A stretch of 64,000 nt of DNA from the NCBI GenBank assembly GCA_949879765.1, contig CATLBQ010000002.1:2667-66666 (forward strand). Reading direction: 5' to 3'. Source of the DNA: an uncultured Bacilli bacterium (GTDB lineage: Bacteria > Bacillota_I > Bacilli_A > ML615J-28 > CAG-313). The notes under the pieces were generated by a model that saw only the letters and a list, made by a program, of their open reading frames with translations, did not search any database and was not told the DNA's origin. Shown piece by piece: positions 9,406-18,067 of the stretch; positions within the stretch are counted from its first letter, which is position 1, and each line of letters starts with the position of its first letter. The position numbers and the translations under genes are program-made.

Positions 9406-10879
9406 AATTGATTTTCTCAAACAAAATCAAAAAGAGATTCAAGATAGTATGTCATTTGATGAAATTAAAGATAAAATTCGGATAGAACAAACTCAAGAAA
9501 GACAACAATTGGTTGGAAAGAAAATTTGGAACTATGGTATCTTGTTGTTACTTGCAATAGCGACAATTGGATTATCGCTACATACCATTCAAGTAGAAGC
9601 CAAAGTATATCAACAAGCTGTTGATTTTTTCCAAGATTATCAATTAAACAGTGATGGTTTAACCAAAGCCGAAATGAAAAAGGTATACCGAGATGTTACT
9701 ACCAGTGCTTTCCAATATGAAAAGACAGGGGAAGTCATATTAGAAAGTATTCAATCTTATGTTCCAGGGTATGAAATCAGTACGGAACAGATTACATCAG
9801 GGTATTTAAAAAGTGTTTGGGCATATTGGAATCAAATACATGAAACGGATCAAAATCACCAAAAGGGCATTCATTATGAAATCAAAGGTGAATACAAAAA
9901 ACAAGCAAATGGGGAAATCAATATGGATCAGTGCGTATTTACAAAACGGATAGATGATGAAGAACTATGGCATGTTCAATTGAAACAATTTTATGTAACT
10001 CATTACCAAGTCTATCCAGACCAAATTATTTTATATGGAAATAATGTTCTTTTTAAATCATCTACTGAAAAAACGGATTCATATGTTGTTGTGTTAAACC
10101 ATGCAGGGGAGCTATTATGGGAAAAAGAATGGATAGAGACAACCAACATCTATGCGGTCTTTTATCAGACAAATGATACATATGTAGTGATGAGTGAAAA
10201 CAATTACCAACCAAATGTTCTAAACTATACAAAATTGGATGTCAAAGGAAATATAATCTTATCTAAAACCCATTCATTTGATGAAGGAACGCGGATAAGA
10301 AAAATAGTAAGGTTAGAACATGGTTTTTTGGTTTATCTTATCCATCCAAGTGGTACTTACCAATTGATAAAAATCAGTGATGATGGAGATACAGTAGTAG
10401 GATATCATTATGAATATGATAATCGATGCTACTTCTTTACCGATATGTTAGCGTATCATGGACAACTCTATTTATCTGGATATGCCATTCCTAAACCACA
10501 AAACAATACATCCAATAAAGGAGAAATTGCGGATGTGATAGACTACATTTATGAACAACACAAGGGTTCTATTTCAGATGAAGCATTAGTATCCATATTA
10601 AAAGATCATTATCAGGCTGTTCTTTTGGTATGTAACGAAGAAACAGGAGAACTGCAAACTTGTTATGCCCAACAGGGTGCACTAGGGGGAATGCTTTCTT
10701 GTAATGAACTCGGATACTTGATTTGGGATGTAGAAATGCTAGATATGGCTACGTATTCTCCTTCAACAAGTTCATTTACCATTGGTGGTGTGAACAAAAA
10801 AGTTGAGTATATATTTGCAGAAGATGGAAACTGTATTGGCAAGAATCATACTGATGAAAGGATTATGTTTAGAAGATAA
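9392..10879 (+). CDS. Putative anti-sigma factor: bitopic membrane protein with a ~430-aa extracytoplasmic domain
   Basis: Overlaps the sigma gene by 14 nt. It has a short N-terminal cytoplasmic segment and a single TM helix (WNYGILLLLAIATIGLSL). No HxxxCxxC zinc motif is present. The function is inferred from position only. Confidence 0.45.
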   Translation: MKKIEIDFLKQNQKEIQDSMSFDEIKDKIRIEQTQERQQLVGKKIWNYGILLLLAIATIGLSLHTIQVEAKVYQQAVDFFQDYQLNSDGLTKAEMKKVYRDVTTSAFQYEKTGEVILESIQSYVPGYEISTEQITSGYLKSVWAYWNQIHETDQNHQKGIHYEIKGEYKKQANGEINMDQCVFTKRIDDEELWHVQLKQFYVTHYQVYPDQIILYGNNVLFKSSTEKTDSYVVVLNHAGELLWEKEWIETTNIYAVFYQTNDTYVVMSENNYQPNVLNYTKLDVKGNIILSKTHSFDEGTRIRKIVRLEHGFLVYLIHPSGTYQLIKISDDGDTVVGYHYEYDNRCYFFTDMLAYHGQLYLSGYAIPKPQNNTSNKGEIADVIDYIYEQHKGSISDEALVSILKDHYQAVLLVCNEETGELQTCYAQQGALGGMLSCNELGYLIWDVEMLDMATYSPSTSSFTIGGVNKKVEYIFAEDGNCIGKNHTDERIMFRR

Positions 10880-10916
10880 CAATCAAACAAAGATAAAATA
10901 TGCTCCTCCTTTTCAC

Positions 10917-10950
10917 AAATCCGTATCGATAGATACGGATTTATTTTTTT
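10917..10950 (+). terminator. Rho-independent terminator
   Basis: AAATCCGTATC pairs with GATACGGATTT around a 4-nt loop. A T-run follows. Confidence 0.85.
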
Positions 10951-11172
10951 GAAATGAATTAAAGTAGATACAAGAAAATCCGTTAGATAAATGGAATAAA
11001 AGGATTGAATATGATATAATGAATAGAGTGAAAAATGATATACTATGGATAACTTGCCAATTTGGTTAGTGAAAATTCACCAAATGAGCGAGTTAAACAA
11101 CATGTTGTCGCTTCACTTTAGGGATTAGATTTGATAAAATAGAAGTGTCAAAAATAAAGGAGGTTATCAAAT

Positions 11173-11658
11173 ATGGAAACTTTTGGAATGCGCTTAGCGA
11201 GGTTAAGAAAAGAAAATCATATGACACAAGAAGACATTGCGGAAAAACTGCATATCACTGCTCAAGCTGTGAGTAAATGGGAAAATGATATTACATCACC
11301 CGATATTGATACACTAGTTCAATTATCAGATTTATTACACATTTCGTTAGATCATTTGCTTGGAAAAAAGAGTGAACAAACGCAGTATGTAGCTGAGCAA
11401 GAAAGAAAAGATATCAATCACTTGATATTGAAAATTAGGGTTGATAGTGGTGAAGGAGATAGTGTGAAAATCAATTTACCTGTTGCGATGATTAAAATAT
11501 TTCTAAATGATGAAAACCATGCGTTGATTAGTGGAAACAAAGTATTAGAGCGAATTGATTTTAAACAATTGCTTCTTTTAGTAGAACAAGGCGTCATGGG
11601 AGAACTTGTTTCAATTGATTGTGCTGATGGTACCCATGTTACGATTATAGTAGAATAA
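11173..11658 (+). CDS. XRE-family HTH transcriptional regulator with a C-terminal domain of unknown function
   Basis: The N-terminal FGMRLARLRKENHMTQEDIAEKLHITAQAVSKWEN is a classic Cro/C1 HTH. AAAGGAGG RBS. Confidence 0.8.
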   Translation: METFGMRLARLRKENHMTQEDIAEKLHITAQAVSKWENDITSPDIDTLVQLSDLLHISLDHLLGKKSEQTQYVAEQERKDINHLILKIRVDSGEGDSVKINLPVAMIKIFLNDENHALISGNKVLERIDFKQLLLLVEQGVMGELVSIDCADGTHVTIIVE

Positions 11659-11907
11659 ATGAAAATAACTATTCAATCAAAGGAAAAAAAGCAACTCACA
11701 TTGTTTCTGCCAACTCGCTTGATATGTTCAAGGTGGATGTTAAAGTTGATGCTCAAGCATCTAGATGAAAGGCACCATTTTCAAGATATGGACATGTGGA
11801 TAAAACCACTTTATCGATATTTGAAAAACTATGTAAAACAAAATGGTCATTTTATATTGATGGAAGTAGAAACGGCATCTGGATGTTGTGTGCTAGTTCA
11901 AATATAA
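11659..11907 (+). CDS. Hypothetical 82-aa protein, translationally coupled to the XRE gene
   Basis: Its ATG immediately follows the XRE stop (TAAATG). Its C-terminus resembles the C-terminus of the XRE protein (GxxxLxxVExxxGxxVxI pattern). Confidence 0.4.
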   Translation: MKITIQSKEKKQLTLFLPTRLICSRWMLKLMLKHLDERHHFQDMDMWIKPLYRYLKNYVKQNGHFILMEVETASGCCVLVQI

Positions 11908-12047
11908 GGGCGATATCTTTTCACAAGTATACCCATCAAAAAAAGAAGAATGATAGCATATTGTGCAATTCGTTAACCGAGAAATCAAAAAGATGATACA
12001 ATGAAAGTAGGTGTGATCACATCTAATCTATAAAAAGGAATAAGAGT

Positions 12048-12317
12048 ATGAAAAAACAAAATGAAAATACTTTTGGCATTGAACAAGTTCAAACGGGTTG
12101 GGGATATGGTACACATTTTGAATTAGCTACATTGATACCCTGGATGGTTTAAATCCTTTGCTTACCAGGTGTTCTTTTTTGGATTGTTTATGTATTGTTT
12201 GCTTATTTTCGTACCTATCGTCGCCCTATGCGAATTGTGAATTTGGTATTACTATTGGTGATTCTTTTGCAATATGCATTGATTAATTTTTCGTTTTCTA
12301 TTAAAAGCATGGATTAA
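12048..12317 (+). pseudogene. Small membrane-protein gene interrupted by an in-frame TAA (12150-12152)
   Basis: The ATG at 12048 follows AAGGAATAAGAG. The same frame reads MKKQNENTFGIEQVQTGWGYGTHFELATLIPWMV*ILCLPGVLFWIVYVLFAYFRTYRRPMRIVNLVLLLVILLQYALINFSFSIKSMD*. The stop sits inside a predicted TM helix. A strong terminator follows. Confidence 0.4.
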
Positions 12318-12341
12318 ATATATATTTTGATTAAAAAATGA

Positions 12342-12380
12342 AAAGATAGCATAAGTGATTACCACTTATACTATCTTTTT
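12342..12380 (+). terminator. Rho-independent terminator
   Basis: AAAGATAGCATAAGTG pairs with CACTTATACTATCTTT (one mismatch) around a 5-nt loop. A T-run follows. Confidence 0.85.
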
Positions 12381-12492
12381 CATATCTTGAAGCGAAAAGG
12401 AGGAGAAACCTTTTAAAACTGAAAGTCAATTGGTATAAAAATAGCTAAGAAGCAAGAATATGAACAAAAGAATTTAATAATTTTTAAAAAAG

Positions 12493-12519
12493 TGCTATAA
12501 TAAAAAATATGTTATAGAA
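12493..12519 (+). promoter_or_regulatory. Extended -10 promoter (TGcTATAAT) plus a conserved 24-nt element shared with the TetR-operon promoter
   Basis: TATAATAAAAAATATGTTATAGAA (12496-12519) matches TATAATAAAATATATGTTATAGAA (17434-17457) at 23 of 24 positions. It contains the inverted repeat CTATAA-N11-TTATAG. Confidence 0.55.
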
Positions 12520-12535
12520 AAATAGGGTGAGAAAG

Positions 12536-13417
12536 ATGAAAAAATTAAAAATAGCATTATTACAAATTGCACCATGTGATAGTTTAGAACAAAATGTAGA
12601 AAAAGGCATAAAGTGTTGTGAAAAAGCTCGAGCACAAGGTGCGGATATCGCATTGTTTCCTGAAATGTGGAGCAATGGATATCGTATTTATGATCGTGAA
12701 GTATCAGAATGGACAAAAGAGGCCATCTCTAGTGATAGTGATTTTGTTCAGACTTTTGGTAAACTTGCCCAATCTCTTCAAATGGCAATCGGGATTACAT
12801 TTCTTGAAGCGTATCAAAATGGAGTTCGCAATACACTGGTTTTGTTTGATAGATGGGGTAAAAGAAAAATGACATATGCAAAAGTGCACACATGTGACTT
12901 TGATGTAGAAAGATACTTAACACCAGGCGACGATTTTGAAGTTGTATCATTAGATACAGCATGTGGAGAAGTCAAAATAGGAGCAATGATTTGTTATGAT
13001 CGTGAATTTCCAGAAAGCGCTCGTATTTTAATGTTAAAAGGAGCAGAGCTCATTCTTGTTCCAAATGCTTGTCCAATGGAAATCAATCGTCTTGCTCAAC
13101 TTAGGGCAAGAGCCTATGAAAATATGCTAGCTATAGCTACTTGTAACTATCCAATACCTGTGCCAGATTGTAATGGCGGTTCTAGTTTATTTGATGGTAT
13201 TGCTTATTTACCAGAAGTAGAGGGCTCAAGAGATACTTGCTTGTTACAAGCAGGATCAGAAGAAGGTGTGTATATGGGTGAACTTGATCTGTTGCAACTT
13301 CGTCAATATCGCCAAACAGAAGTCCATGGCAATAGTTATCGTCATCCCCAAAAATATGGTATTTTAGTAGAAACAAAAAAAGAGGCCCCGTTCATTCGAA
13401 AAGACTACCGGGCATAA
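12536..13417 (+). CDS. Carbon-nitrogen hydrolase (nitrilase-superfamily amidohydrolase)
   Basis: Catalytic-triad contexts are present: FPEMW (Glu), YAKVH (Lys), MICYDREFPE (Cys). The ATG at 12536 follows AGGGTGAG. Confidence 0.85.
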   Translation: MKKLKIALLQIAPCDSLEQNVEKGIKCCEKARAQGADIALFPEMWSNGYRIYDREVSEWTKEAISSDSDFVQTFGKLAQSLQMAIGITFLEAYQNGVRNTLVLFDRWGKRKMTYAKVHTCDFDVERYLTPGDDFEVVSLDTACGEVKIGAMICYDREFPESARILMLKGAELILVPNACPMEINRLAQLRARAYENMLAIATCNYPIPVPDCNGGSSLFDGIAYLPEVEGSRDTCLLQAGSEEGVYMGELDLLQLRQYRQTEVHGNSYRHPQKYGILVETKKEAPFIRKDYRA

Positions 13418-13442
13418 ATACAACACCAATAGAGGTAAACAT

Positions 13443-14984
13443 ATGAAATATAGTATAAAAGTAGATCAGGCCATTCGTGATATCGTTTCTCAGTGGAGCG
13501 ATGAAACCCTTTTGGCTTATGTAACTTGTCCTAACTATCGTGCTGAGGATATGTCAGAAATCAATGATAGTTATCTGATGTTTCTCCATCCCAATACATT
13601 AGAAACATCCAAACAGGCCATTCAAACCTTGAGAAGTCAAATCCAGCATCCGATTTTGGTTGCATCAGATATGGAAGCAGGGCCTGGTACAGCGATTTTT
13701 GGGGCTACCACATTTCCATCTATGCGAGCAGTTGCGGAAACGAAACGCCCATAATTGGCTTATGAAATGGGAAAAATTGCAGCATTAGAAGCTCGTGAGA
13801 TTGGATACAATTGGACCTTTGCTCCATGCGTAGATATTTTGGGAAATCATTTTTCCCCAATTACATCAATTCGGAGTGCAGGAGAAGATGTAAATGATGT
13901 CATTGGTTATACGACTCAGTATATGAAAGGATTACAAGATCATGGTCTAATTGCGACCGCGAAGCATTTTCCTGGAGATGGTTATTCTACCTTTGATCAA
14001 CACTTGACCACGGCAATCAATCCCCTTTCAAAGGAAGAATGGGATCAAAGTTTCCGTTTGGTGTATCAAAATATCATCAATGAGGGAGTTCGTGCAATGA
14101 TGCCTGGGCATATTGCTCTTCCTTGTTATGATGAAATAGATCCAAAAACGGGACTTTTTCCTCCCGCAACACTTTCTTCTAGTCTCCTTACGCGTCTTTT
14201 AAAACAGGATTTAGGCTTTGAGGGACTCATCATTTCTGATGCCACAGAAATGAGTGACTTTTGTGGATATATGAATTTTTATGATGCTTGCGCACGTTTC
14301 TTGATGAGTGGTGGAGATGTTTTGTTATTTGCACATCCCAATCCAACGTTTATTGCGGAAATGAAGAAACGGATGCAAACAGGACAATTGACCAAAGATG
14401 TATTGATTGACCGGGTTTGTCGCATTCTGGCTTTTTGTCAAGATTATGTTTCTATTACTTATCCACTTCATTTTCATTTAGCAGAACATCAACAAATTGC
14501 CGATGAAGTTGTCAGACAATCTGTACGAATTTATCGAGATCGTCATCAGATTTTACCTATTCGGATGCATCACCCTAAAATAGCTCATGTGGTCATTGCC
14601 CAGCAAATTCAAATGCAAATCGTTCAAGATTTTACGAGTGGATTAAAGCAATACGCAGAAGTGAGCGAGTTTATTGATCCCGGTTGTGGAAAAATCAAAG
14701 CAATCGCTCAATCAGGTGAGTATGATTATATCGTTGTTACCATTGGTTGTACACAGTGGTATGGTACCAATCAAATTACATTATCAGGTACAATTGCTCG
14801 CAATATGATGAATGGATGGACCAAATACAACACACCTGTCATTTTTGTTGATTTTGGCAATCCCTATATTCATGAAGAATATGACCCACTAATAGATACC
14901 TTAATTTATACCTATGGATATGCAGCGCACACAATAGAATGTGTGTTATGCCGCATATTTCAAAATCAGCAATCCAAGGAGTAA
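13443..14984 (+). pseudogene. Glycoside hydrolase family 3 (NagZ-like beta-N-acetylhexosaminidase) interrupted by an in-frame TAA at 13752-13754
   Basis: The two track ORFs (13443-13754 and 13755-14984) are in the same frame and contiguous. The translation reads ...AVAETKRP*LAYEMGKIAALEAREIGYNWTFAPCVD. GH3 hallmarks KHFPGDG and ISDATEM lie downstream of the stop. Confidence 0.8.
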
Positions 14985-14991
14985 TTCATAT

Positions 14992-15774
14992 ATGCGTGAA
15001 TTTTTTGAGTATTTTTTTAGTAATGGTGAAGAAGGAGAATTTCAATATTTTTCACTTGCCCATTTTATGCCTATTCTTATATTGATTGGAATTATTATTT
15101 TGATTATTCGTTATCGCAAACAAATTCAAAAAAGCAAACATGAAGACAATATCTGTCTTATCCTTGCTTTTTTATGCATGATAACAGAAATGGCTTATTT
15201 TTGGCGATTGGTAGGTGTTCCTTCTCTTCATCCTAATCCAACCGATCATTTACCGATTACAATGTGTGGTTGGGGAATCATTTTTAGTGGGTTTTTGATT
15301 TTAACGAAAAGACAAACTTTATTTGACATTACATATTTTTGGTTATTTTCTGGTACTTTATTTGCACTCCTGACGCCTACGGTGATTACAACATGTGGTC
15401 CCACCCGGTTCCGATATTATCAATTTTGGTTAGAGCATACGCTAGGGTATATTGTTATCTTTTATATGATGTTTGTTCACCAAATGAGACCACAGGTGAA
15501 ATCAATCTTTAAATCGTTAGGTGCACTAGCTGTATTGGCGATAGTGGCGATTTTTGCCAATCATATGTTACCAGGAGCCAATTATTTGTTTGTAGCTCAA
15601 CCAGAAGATGCCCCATCTTTTTTAGACTTTTTGCCTAAAAATTATCCGTTACGTATTGCGATTATGGGGTGTATTGTAACTTGTTTATTTTGCATTGCGT
15701 ATCTTCCCTGGTTTATGATGGATAGAAAAAAGAAAAAGTTGATGACACAAACATCAAATAGCAAACAAGAGTGA
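14992..15774 (+). CDS. YwaF-like polytopic membrane protein, paralog 3
   Basis: Motifs LPITMCGW, FSGTLFALLTP and WLEHTL match paralogs 1 and 2. The ATG at 14992 lies after the GH3 stop, with AAGGAG upstream. Confidence 0.65.
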   Translation: MREFFEYFFSNGEEGEFQYFSLAHFMPILILIGIIILIIRYRKQIQKSKHEDNICLILAFLCMITEMAYFWRLVGVPSLHPNPTDHLPITMCGWGIIFSGFLILTKRQTLFDITYFWLFSGTLFALLTPTVITTCGPTRFRYYQFWLEHTLGYIVIFYMMFVHQMRPQVKSIFKSLGALAVLAIVAIFANHMLPGANYLFVAQPEDAPSFLDFLPKNYPLRIAIMGCIVTCLFCIAYLPWFMMDRKKKKLMTQTSNSKQE

Positions 15775-15776
15775 TA

Positions 15777-15820
15777 AGATAAAAGACTATTTTCTACTGA
15801 TGAGAATAGTCTTTTATCTT
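15777..15820 (+). terminator. Long hairpin, probable terminator
   Basis: AAGATAAAAGACTATT pairs with GAATAGTCTTTTATCTT (about 16 bp). Confidence 0.6.
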
Positions 15821-15848
15821 GGAAAAAACAGAAGGCATCAAAGACCAT

Positions 15849-15877
15849 TTGCTTAAAGCATAAAGATATGGTATAAT
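15849..15877 (+). promoter_or_regulatory. SigA-type promoter with extended -10
   Basis: TTGCTT (15849-15854), a 17-nt spacer, then TGgTATAAT (-10 hexamer at 15872-15877). Confidence 0.6.
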
Positions 15878-15899
15878 GATATATAAGGAGGAAAGCAAG

Positions 15900-16511
15900 A
15901 TGTTAGAAAAATTAAATCTGATTTACTTTGATGAGATTTATCATTTGATGGAAACGAGTTTCACTCCAGATGAATATAGAACTTATGCAGAACAAAAAGC
16001 TTTGTTACAACTTCCCAATTACCAAATCTATGGGATGATAGATAAGCAACACCATCAAGTTCAAGCATTTATTGCGATTTTTGAATTTGAACGCATTGTT
16101 TGTATTGATCATTTTGCGGTAAACCCCGCATATCGAAATAGGGGCATTGGGTCTAAGGTGCTTCAAGAGTTGATGGCGATGCTAGATAAAATGATATGTT
16201 TAGAAGTAGAACTTCCTAGCGATGAATTATCGCAACGCAGAATTGCCTTTTATGAGCGCAATCACTTTTTTTTGAATCCATATGCATATGTACTTCCTCC
16301 CATTTCTAAGGGACGGAAATCTATCCCACTTTATATTATGACTTCACAACGTTTCATTACTGAAGAGGAATTTCAAACTTTAAAACAATTCATGTATACG
16401 AAACTATATCATCAAAAAGACTTTACAACAGTCAAGGATGTAAAAAATAAAAACTTCAAAATAAATGAAAAAGAGGGGATCGCATATGGTATTGAAGATA
16501 AAAGATATTGA
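15900..16511 (+). CDS. GNAT-family N-acetyltransferase
   Basis: Acetyl-CoA binding motif RNRGIGSKVLQEL. An AAGGAGG RBS precedes the ATG at 15900. The track start at 15876 lies inside the -10 box. Confidence 0.8.
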   Translation: MLEKLNLIYFDEIYHLMETSFTPDEYRTYAEQKALLQLPNYQIYGMIDKQHHQVQAFIAIFEFERIVCIDHFAVNPAYRNRGIGSKVLQELMAMLDKMICLEVELPSDELSQRRIAFYERNHFFLNPYAYVLPPISKGRKSIPLYIMTSQRFITEEEFQTLKQFMYTKLYHQKDFTTVKDVKNKNFKINEKEGIAYGIEDKRY

Positions 16512-17157
16512 ACTTTATTATGAACAATATGGAATGGGTAGACCCCTCATATTACTTCATGGAAATGGTGAAGACCATACCATTTTTCAAGAAGCTATCG
16601 CTATACTAGCTCATCATTTTACCATTTATGCCCTAGATTCTAGAGGACATGGCAATAGTAGCAAAGTAAAGACATTACACTATGAAGATATGGCTGATGA
16701 TGTATATCAATTTATAGATACATTACAATTAGAAAAGCCGATTCTATATGGATTTAGTGATGGAGGAATTATTGCTTTATTGGTAGCACTTCATCATCAA
16801 GAAATACTTTCAAGAATCATCGTTAGTGGTGTTAATGTAAATCCCAAAGGATTGAAAGCAAAATGGCGATATTTATTTCGTTTATGTTATTGGATTACTC
16901 GTTCGGCACAGCTGAAATTGATGTTAGAAGAACCGCATATACCTTATCAAACGTTAGAAAACATCACTATACCTGTGGATATTTTGGCAGGCAAGAAAGA
17001 TATGATTGCATCTACTCACCTAGTTGGAATTAGGAATCATCTTTCGAAAGGGAACTTAACCATTTTTCCGAAAGAAACACATGGCAGTTATGTCATCCAT
17101 AGTGAAAAAATCGCTCATTTTATTTTAGAAAAGGTAAAAGAAAATAATGAGGAATAA
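16486..17157 (+). CDS. Alpha/beta-fold hydrolase
   Basis: The HGNGEDH oxyanion region, the GFSDGG nucleophile elbow (GxSxG) and a C-terminal His context (ETHGSY). The start at 16486 overlaps the GNAT 3' end by 26 nt. Confidence 0.8.
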   Translation: MVLKIKDIELYYEQYGMGRPLILLHGNGEDHTIFQEAIAILAHHFTIYALDSRGHGNSSKVKTLHYEDMADDVYQFIDTLQLEKPILYGFSDGGIIALLVALHHQEILSRIIVSGVNVNPKGLKAKWRYLFRLCYWITRSAQLKLMLEEPHIPYQTLENITIPVDILAGKKDMIASTHLVGIRNHLSKGNLTIFPKETHGSYVIHSEKIAHFILEKVKENNEE

Positions 17158-17381
17158 CAAATGAAAAGCGTTGAAACAAAATAGAAAATGATTAAAAGAT
17201 ATTTTGTTACACCATTGTAATTAAAATAGGAAATATTTGATGATTAGAATATATTTTTATGACCAAAGATGATGGAATAGGGGAAAAAGATTTCAGATTC
17301 TAAAGTTTTATTTTCTAGAAGTATGACTGGTTCATGCATGGATGGTATACTGGACTATTAAAATATATGATTATAGGAATA

Positions 17382-17409
17382 AAAAGCATCTTTTTAAAGG
17401 TGCTTTTTT
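17382..17409 (+). terminator. Hairpin plus T-run with no obvious upstream gene (orphan terminator)
   Basis: AAAAGCATC pairs with GGTGCTTTT (one G-U) around an 8-nt loop, followed by TTTTTT. It lies 225 nt downstream of the hydrolase stop. Confidence 0.55.
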
Positions 17410-17410
17410 A

Positions 17411-17457
17411 TTGCCTGCTCTTATCTTTTGATGTATAATAAAATATATGTTATAGAA
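17411..17457 (+). promoter_or_regulatory. SigA-type promoter of the TetR/ABC operon plus the shared 24-nt element (candidate operator)
   Basis: TTGCCT (17411-17416), a 17-nt spacer, then TATAAT (17434-17439) with TG at 17432-17433. It is followed by AAAATATATGTTATAGAA, which matches the element at 12496-12519. Confidence 0.65.
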
Positions 17458-17488
17458 CAGTTGTTATAAAATAAAGAAAGGACAAAAA

Positions 17489-18067
17489 ATGCCACCAAAG
17501 ACAAAATTTACCAAAGAACAAATCATTGAAGTTGCTTTAGCACTGGTCAAAGAAGAAGGAATCGAATCGCTTACAGCAAGATCACTTGGGAAAAGGCTGG
17601 GCACATCAAGTTGTCCAATTTTCACTGTTTTTGCCAATATGGATGAAGTACACCAAGCCGTGATTCAACAAGCCCAACAGGTATATAAAGGGTATATTGA
17701 AAAAGGATTGCAAGAAAGGCCAGCCTTCAAAGGAGTAGGGATGCAGTATATTCAATTTGCTCAATATGAGCCCGAACTTTTTCGTCTTTTATTTATGCGC
17801 GCTACCCCTTCTCAGCATATAGATCAATTACTACCATTACTAGATGAAAACTATGATTTAATTTTATCCTCAGTACAAGATGCATATGGATTAAGCACGG
17901 AAAAAGCCCAAAGGATTTATTTGCATATGACCATCTATACACATGGTATTGCTACCTTTTTACTTCAACAAAGCTATCGGTTCACAGAAGAAGAGGTGAG
18001 CCAAATGTTAACAGAAGTGTTTATGAGTTTACTGATGAGAATGAAAGGAGAATCAGCACATGATTAG
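17489..18067 (+). CDS. TetR/AcrR-family transcriptional regulator
   Basis: N-terminal HTH (FTKEQIIEVALALVKEEGIESLTARSLGKRLGTSSCPIFTVF). About 190 aa, all-helical. Its 3' end overlaps the ABC ATPase gene by 8 nt. Confidence 0.85.
   Translation: MPPKTKFTKEQIIEVALALVKEEGIESLTARSLGKRLGTSSCPIFTVFANMDEVHQAVIQQAQQVYKGYIEKGLQERPAFKGVGMQYIQFAQYEPELFRLLFMRATPSQHIDQLLPLLDENYDLILSSVQDAYGLSTEKAQRIYLHMTIYTHGIATFLLQQSYRFTEEEVSQMLTEVFMSLLMRMKGESAHD

Noticed and set aside
12150-13754. The idea that the two in-frame TAA codons (12150 and 13752) reflect stop-codon reassignment or readthrough.
   Set aside because: TAA terminates many clearly complete genes here (infC, leuS, secA, uppS, nagA and others) at family-typical lengths. 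TGA and TAG are also used as stops. Ordinary nonsense mutations or base-call errors are the simpler explanation.
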